A stretch of DNA of 64,000 bases, taken from the NCBI GenBank assembly GCA_035510605.1, contig DATKGW010000012.1, positions 47,895 through 111,894 on the forward strand, given 5' to 3'. The position numbers and the translations under genes were made by a program. Source of the DNA: Patescibacteria group bacterium. Lineage in GTDB: Bacteria; Patescibacteriota; Saccharimonadia; Saccharimonadales; CAIOMD01. The notes beneath the pieces are model-generated. The model ran no database searches. It saw nothing but the letters and a program-made list of their open reading frames with translations, and was not told where the DNA came from. Below, in pieces: positions 58,582-64,000 of this stretch. Each line of letters opens with the position of its first letter. The stretch's first letter is position 1.

Positions 58582-58624
58582 TACTTATATTCTAAAGCAT
58601 AACCTAAAAATAACCTTTAAAAAC

Positions 58625-58654
58625 ATTAAGCCGGTGTGTTTCAACCGGCTTAAT
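58625..58654 (-). terminator. Intrinsic terminator
   Basis: Minus strand ATTAAGCCGGT-tgaaacac-ACCGGCTTAAT followed by GTTTTT. Confidence 0.75.
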
Positions 58655-58715
58655 TGGAAGTTTTAACGCTTCCTCCATTAGCTTATCGTGCAGCTAGTTG
58701 GATTACAAGGTAAAT

Positions 58716-59474
58716 TTATATTGCTTTTCCAAATGCACTTCTTAATTGTTGGTAAGCTGCATTTACGGCTGCCTTAAACTGTTGGTCGGCTGTCTGGTCG
58801 GCGGTTTTTTCGATTGCCGCTAAATTCTGGGCTATCTGGGCAATGTTGGTATTGGCCGCACGTGAGGCTCTAAATTTAGCCCTGGCTGCTTGTAAGTCGG
58901 TGGTCAGTGTGGCAGCTACTTCTTTATACGCCGTACCGTTGGCGCAATTATCCTGGGCCTTAGCCACGGCATCCGCATAATCCGAACGCAAGTTTGTCAC
59001 AGCCTGATCTATATCTGCTTGATTTTTGTCAATCGCCGAATCCACACCCGCCTGGTAGGTTGAACGGTTGGTATCATAGGCGCTGCGGCGGGACGAAACG
59101 GCATCGTTAATGTTGGTTTCGAACGTTTGGACTGCTGTTTTTTGCTGGTCGGTTGTTGCTTTGGCCTCTAACCGGGAAAAGTACTGGGACCTTATGCTAT
59201 CCCAACTCTTTCTGGCAGCGGCAATTTTATTATCCCAAGCGGTACGATCTTTGGTTAATTTGGCAGTATTAGCCTGATGTTCGGTGGTAATTTTGGCTAC
59301 CCGGGTAGTAACATCGCTATTTAGACGATCCAAGACATTATCCAACCTGGAACAGGTATTTTCATTGGTTGTTGATTGATTGGTGTTGGTTGCTACTGCA
59401 TAAGTTGTGCCAAAAGACAAAACCAGAATGGCACCGGTAGCCAATATACTCAAAAATTTAGAAACTGGCCGCAT
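58716..59474 (-). CDS. Secreted alpha-helical/coiled-coil protein
   Basis: Signal peptide (TYA), Ala-rich helices, two Cys. Confidence 0.75.
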   Translation of the reverse strand: MRPVSKFLSILATGAILVLSFGTTYAVATNTNQSTTNENTCSRLDNVLDRLNSDVTTRVAKITTEHQANTAKLTKDRTAWDNKIAAARKSWDSIRSQYFSRLEAKATTDQQKTAVQTFETNINDAVSSRRSAYDTNRSTYQAGVDSAIDKNQADIDQAVTNLRSDYADAVAKAQDNCANGTAYKEVAATLTTDLQAARAKFRASRAANTNIAQIAQNLAAIEKTADQTADQQFKAAVNAAYQQLRSAFGKAI

Positions 59475-59781
59475 TTGCGCTGTCTCCTACCTGAGTCACC
59501 GTGCTTTGGCTGACCGCAGCCTGGGCTGATTCCGAATTACTGGTTGTGCCATCAATTGAACCTTCGCTAGTAGCTTCGCTATCAATACTGTTGACGATGC
59601 TTTGGCCGGGCTGATTAGTCACGGTAGCAACGGCCGCTTCGTTGGTGGTGGCAGTTTTATTTCTCTGTTCAAAAACCCAATAACCAACAGCCACCACAGC
59701 AGCAACTGCGACAATAATAAGCACTAGCTCTACAACGCCAAAACCTTTTTGTGGTTGAGACTTGTTTTGCCCCATATTCAT
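59458..59781 (-). CDS. Small pilin-like protein with class III (prepilin) signal
   Basis: QKG|FGVVELVLIIVAVAAVVAVGYWV; AAGGAG SD before ATG 59781. Confidence 0.7.
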   Translation of the reverse strand: MNMGQNKSQPQKGFGVVELVLIIVAVAAVVAVGYWVFEQRNKTATTNEAAVATVTNQPGQSIVNSIDSEATSEGSIDGTTSNSESAQAAVSQSTVTQVGDSANAASF

Positions 59782-59930
59782 TCTTCTCCTTAATTTGTTA
59801 CGCATTAATGCTTACGCTCAAATAGCTATTATAAAGACTCTATTGGCTAAAACAAAACATCTGGATATCACACCTATATTTTTTCCTATCTGGCGGTTAT
59901 AATGATGATAATTATCAGATACATTCAAAG

Positions 59931-61016
59931 ATGAATTTAAAACAACGCCGGGCACTGACAATTACACTCATCATCGCTTTGTTGTTTGCGGCCGTTTTTT
60001 TGCGCCATTATTTTTCATTAATTGCCTTAGCCGCGATTGTGGCGTTTTTATACAACCCGATATACAGATGGCTATTTAAAAAGACTAAGGGCAAAAAGAA
60101 TTTATCGGTGACAATCACTTTATTTGTTGCCATTATTACGATTTCTATCCCCGTTGCCATAGTTCTGGTAGTTACTGTCGACCAAGCCTTTCAGGTAGCG
60201 GATATCATCAAACGCTCGGCCGCCAGTGGCACATCCATCGGTGACATTATTAATAATGTAATTACCGCCATCAACCACATTATCGATAAGTTGCCCGGCC
60301 ACAGTGTACATCATATAAGTTCGGGTCAGGTTTTTGACTGGCTGAAAAATAACACCAGCGTGCTGATTAGATCCTCGTTCAATTACGTAGCTCATTTTGC
60401 CGGCAGTTTCGCTTCTTACCTGACAAAAGCAGTTATCTTTATATTCATTTTTATTTCATTCTTAAAAAATCAAGACAAGTGGCTGGGCACCATCCGTAAA
60501 TTAAACCCCTTGGGCGATAGAGTGTCTGATCTTTACCTGTCACGAATGGCGGCCATGACCAGCGCCATGGTTAAGGGACAATTTACCATAGCTTTGATGC
60601 AGGGTCTGGTCGACGCCAGCTTGTTATATATCGCCGGTATCCATTACTTTATATTTTGGTTCGTTTTGGTCACGTTTTTGTCTATCATCCCGCTTGGTGG
60701 CGGTATATTGGTAATACCGACAGGTATAATAATGCTGATTACCGGTAATATCTGGCAAGGCATCCTATTAATTTTCGGCCATATCGTGATTGTTACCAAC
60801 ATCGATAACGTCTTGCGACCACGGTTTGTACCAAGAACCGCCAGGCTGGATTCGTCATTGACGATTTTATCGGTATTTGCCGGTATTGCCATGTTCGGCT
60901 TTTTGGGGATTGTCATCGGGCCGGTACTAATGATTCTAATCGTAACGACTATCCAGGTCTATTTGCAAGCGGTTGAGCATGATAAAAATGCCCAAGAAGT
61001 CGGTTTAGAAGAGTAA
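59931..61016 (+). CDS. AI-2E family transporter
   Basis: Multi-TM, AFLYNP, KGQFTIALMQG, SIIPLGG, IDNVLRP, FGFLGIVIGP. Confidence 0.92.
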   Translation: MNLKQRRALTITLIIALLFAAVFLRHYFSLIALAAIVAFLYNPIYRWLFKKTKGKKNLSVTITLFVAIITISIPVAIVLVVTVDQAFQVADIIKRSAASGTSIGDIINNVITAINHIIDKLPGHSVHHISSGQVFDWLKNNTSVLIRSSFNYVAHFAGSFASYLTKAVIFIFIFISFLKNQDKWLGTIRKLNPLGDRVSDLYLSRMAAMTSAMVKGQFTIALMQGLVDASLLYIAGIHYFIFWFVLVTFLSIIPLGGGILVIPTGIIMLITGNIWQGILLIFGHIVIVTNIDNVLRPRFVPRTARLDSSLTILSVFAGIAMFGFLGIVIGPVLMILIVTTIQVYLQAVEHDKNAQEVGLEE

Positions 61017-61019
61017 TTT

Positions 61020-61475
61020 TTATTTGGTCTTGAGATTGCGCATCCGGTAAATGCGCCATGTCAATAGTGCGCTGATAGCCGTAAATGCCACAAAGGACAT
61101 AAACGGAATGGTGATAAAGCCCAGCCAATCAATCTGCGGCTTGGAGCAGGATACATCCGAACTAGCGGTACAATTAAAAACCGACTCATGCAAAACCCCC
61201 CACTGCAGCAAAGATTGGTACAAAGAAACCGGCACGCCGATTAGGCTCAAGGGCAAGCCGTAGTAAACGGCATTTTTATCTTTACGCAGAATTCCGACAG
61301 CAAATATTACCACCAACGGATACATAAAAATGCGTTGCCACCAACACAGTAAACACGGATACCAATTTAAGACCTCGCTAAAATACAGGCTGCCAAACAG
61401 ACCAGCTGTAGCTATTGACCAGACCAGATAATCGGTATAATCATCTAATAATTTTAATGGTTTTTGAATATTCAT
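61020..61475 (-). CDS. dsbB: Disulfide bond formation protein B (DsbB/BdbC)
   Basis: SLYFSE, PCLLCWWQRIFMYPL, second Cys pair, GFITIP. Confidence 0.92.
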   Translation of the reverse strand: MNIQKPLKLLDDYTDYLVWSIATAGLFGSLYFSEVLNWYPCLLCWWQRIFMYPLVVIFAVGILRKDKNAVYYGLPLSLIGVPVSLYQSLLQWGVLHESVFNCTASSDVSCSKPQIDWLGFITIPFMSFVAFTAISALLTWRIYRMRNLKTK

Positions 61476-61522
61476 TTTTCCTCCCTAACTTATAAAAGTA
61501 TACCAGATGCTACGGCTGATCT

Positions 61523-62788
61523 TTAAAAAGGACACAAGCTGTCGCATTGCAAACTTTCGCTGATTCTGAGCAGTTCGTTATACTTGGCTGTTCGTTCACC
61601 ACTGGCCACCGAACCGGCTTTTATTTGGCCACAATTAAGGCCGACAGCCAAGTGGGCAATGGCATTATCTTCGGTTTCGCCGGAGCGATGCGACATAATC
61701 GTATGCCAACCGGCAGCCTGAGCGGTTTTTACCGTTTGAATAGTTTCCGTCAGCGTGCCTATCTGGTTGGGTTTGACCAGCAAGCTATTGGCGGCTTGTT
61801 GGCTGATGGCTTTTTGCAAACGACGCGAATTAGTAGTTATTAAATCATCACCAACTACTTGGATTTTGCTTCCGAACTGCCTGTTAAAATTACTCCAATC
61901 AGCCCAAGCTTCTCCAAAAAACGGATCCTCGATTGAGATAATCGGATAGTTTTCGATTAATTCAGCATACCAATCGGTTAAGGCTTTAGCGCCCAGTTCC
62001 CTTTTTTCACAACTAAAATGATAGCGACCCTTCCCATATAACTGGCTGGCAGCAATATCCAAGGCCAGTACAACATCTTCGCCAGGGTCATAACCGGCTT
62101 TCCAGATAGCCCGCATAATCATATCCAGCGGTTCAGTGTTGCTTTTTATGTGCCACGGCGCATAACCGCCTTCGTCACCCAGTGACGAGGAATAGCTTTT
62201 AGCTTCTAAAATTTTACCGAGTTCGTGGAAGACTTCCGTGCCTATCCTCACAGCACTGTAAATGTCGTGAGCTGCTTTAGGGATAATCATATATTCTTGA
62301 AAATCAGTCGAATCATCGGCGTGAGCCCCGCCATTTATAATATTAAACATCGGCATGGGCAGAAGTAGTTTTTTATGATCAGCCAGATGTGCAATGTAGC
62401 GGTAAAAGGGAAGTTGTTTAGATTGCGCAGCAGCCCGGGCGGCAGCTAAAGAAACCGCTAAAATCGTATTGGAACCGTAGCGACTTTTATCGGTTGTACC
62501 GTCAAGCGAGCAAAGCCGGGCATCGAGGCCTTCTTGGTTATCCACCTCGAAACCTTTTAAGCTTGGAGCAATGGCATGCTCGACTATATTTAGCGCTTTG
62601 CTGACACCCCTGCCGCCAAACCGATGGCTGTCATCCCTTAGTTCGGCAGCTTCTGTTAAGCCGACAGTCACCCCGGCCGGCGCGGCGGCCCGGCCAAAAA
62701 TCCCACCACGCAGAACAACATCAACTTCTACCGTTGGATTACCGCGTGAGTCTAGCACCCACCTCGACCGGACTCTTTCAATTTTCAT
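61523..62788 (-). CDS. eno: Enolase (divergent)
   Basis: DSRGNPTVEV, NGGAHA, GDEGG, IEDP, GDDL, KPNQIGT, SHRSGETED, AKYNELLRI. Confidence 0.9.
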   Translation of the reverse strand: MKIERVRSRWVLDSRGNPTVEVDVVLRGGIFGRAAAPAGVTVGLTEAAELRDDSHRFGGRGVSKALNIVEHAIAPSLKGFEVDNQEGLDARLCSLDGTTDKSRYGSNTILAVSLAAARAAAQSKQLPFYRYIAHLADHKKLLLPMPMFNIINGGAHADDSTDFQEYMIIPKAAHDIYSAVRIGTEVFHELGKILEAKSYSSSLGDEGGYAPWHIKSNTEPLDMIMRAIWKAGYDPGEDVVLALDIAASQLYGKGRYHFSCEKRELGAKALTDWYAELIENYPIISIEDPFFGEAWADWSNFNRQFGSKIQVVGDDLITTNSRRLQKAISQQAANSLLVKPNQIGTLTETIQTVKTAQAAGWHTIMSHRSGETEDNAIAHLAVGLNCGQIKAGSVASGERTAKYNELLRISESLQCDSLCPF

Positions 62789-62851
62789 AACTTTAAGTTA
62801 TATAATCCCACTTGTTAAGGGAAGCGGCAAGTTGTTTATGCTTAAGCCAGC

Positions 62852-64000
62852 TTAAGCCCCTTTGATAAATGAATAAATCAACACCAGACCGGCTACCAGC
62901 ATCACTACAAATGTTAACCTGATGACCAGATTCGACACAAACTTATTCTTATACTGGCCCATGATATTGGCATTATTGCCGACTCTGGCAATCATAAACA
63001 GTAAGGGCACCGCCGCCAAACCGTTAAACACCGCCGCAAAAATCAAGGCTTTGATCGGGTTGATACCTAAAAAGTTAATCGCCAAACCGGCCAGTGTCGA
63101 CACAACAATAATCATATAAAAGCCGACTGCTCTTTTTAGCCGCCGATGCAAGCCTTCACGCCAACCAAAAACTTCGCTGATGGCATATGAAGCCGAGCCG
63201 GCCAAAACCGGAATGGCCAAAAATCCCAGACCCAGCACACCGGCCGAAAAGATTATCTTAGCCACCAAACCGGAATCAGGGAAACTCCTGACCAGAGGCT
63301 CCAGAGCTTTGGCGGCATCGGCCAGAGTATTGATTTGGGTTACTCCGTTAAAGTGCAAAACCGTGGCACAGGTCACAATCATGAACCAGGTGGCTATCTC
63401 GGAAAACGTCATGCCGACAAAATTATCCAGATGCACGCTGCGCAAAAAACGCCGGCTGAGACGCGGCTCTTTTTGAGTATTTTCCGCCAGACGATGTTGC
63501 ATTATTTCGTCCTCTACCACTTCGGATGTATCCCAAAAGAAAAGATATGGGCTGATTGTAGTACCCAATAGACCAACCAAAATATAAAGCATGGCGAAAT
63601 CAATATGTATATTTATATGGACTGTGGAATATAACAACTTACCCCATGGTTCACTGACCATCAGGGCCGTAAAAATATAGGCCAGTAGCGACAAGGTCAG
63701 CCACTTTAAAATTTTGGCATATTTTTTATAGCTGACAAAAATCTCTAGAAGCAAGATGACAATCGCATAAATCACAGCTAAAATTGATACCGACACGGGG
63801 ATAAACAGCCTGGTCGTACTGGCTATGGCACTGATATCGGCTCCGATATTGATAACGTTGGCAAATAGAACCAACGAAACGGCAAAATACAGTAATTTAC
63901 GACTATAATTATCTCGTAAAACCGCCGCCAGACCTTTACCGGTGACAGCACCTATGCGCGAACAAGCCTCTTGGACATAAAGCAGCATCGGGTACATAAA
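62852..64000 (-). CDS. Nramp-family divalent metal transporter, 5'-truncated by the window edge
   Basis: RIGAVTGKGL, NIGAD, GTTISPYLFFW, multi-TM. Confidence 0.88.
   Translation of the reverse strand, partial: FMYPMLLYVQEACSRIGAVTGKGLAAVLRDNYSRKLLYFAVSLVLFANVINIGADISAIASTTRLFIPVSVSILAVIYAIVILLLEIFVSYKKYAKILKWLTLSLLAYIFTALMVSEPWGKLLYSTVHINIHIDFAMLYILVGLLGTTISPYLFFWDTSEVVEDEIMQHRLAENTQKEPRLSRRFLRSVHLDNFVGMTFSEIATWFMIVTCATVLHFNGVTQINTLADAAKALEPLVRSFPDSGLVAKIIFSAGVLGLGFLAIPVLAGSASYAISEVFGWREGLHRRLKRAVGFYMIIVVSTLAGLAINFLGINPIKALIFAAVFNGLAAVPLLFMIARVGNNANIMGQYKNKFVSNLVIRLTFVVMLVAGLVLIYSFIKGA

Noticed and set aside
1008-63571. Numerous short antisense ORFs in the track, and tRNA/rRNA/CRISPR signals
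   Set aside because: The antisense ORFs are shadows of well-supported genes. No cloverleaf, rRNA or repeat-spacer array was seen by eye; tRNAscan-SE and cmscan would be decisive.

Overview
Chromosomal segment of a small-genome bacterium. Gene content, gene order and sequence style point to Ca. Saccharibacteria (TM7, Patescibacteria/CPR); this is inference. Core content: 3' end of a PBP gene; a CIRCE-preceded clpC-hypothetical-radA-PIN/TRAM cluster; nusA; pepN; rnhB; rplS; a PilB/GspE ATPase; dnaE; galU; gatCAB; uvrB; a ppa-gap-rpiB / rpe-tkt-tkt-fba-pfkB carbon cluster; trxB/nrdH; pheST; yajQ; a GH63 hydrolase; rmuC; dsbB; a divergent enolase; and a partial Nramp gene. There are two accessory regions. 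The first (~31.75-38.13 kb) splits the carbon cluster and carries a SRAP + small partner + Y-family polymerase cassette, a viperin-like radical SAM gene, a nucleoside deoxyribosyltransferase-like gene and a candidate sRNA. The second (~49.6-57.5 kb) is mostly orphan genes. The most striking observation is at 50562-51141 (minus strand): a stand-alone 131-aa orphan gene with a near-consensus promoter, a perfect 14-nt inverted repeat that would pair its 5' and 3' UTRs, and directly downstream a fully base-paired type III hammerhead ribozyme fold with a variant CCGACGA core. Also noted: a yraN pseudogene stub next to pepN, a terminator in the nusA leader, and many apparently leaderless genes. No tRNA, rRNA, CRISPR array, transposase or integrase was recognised.
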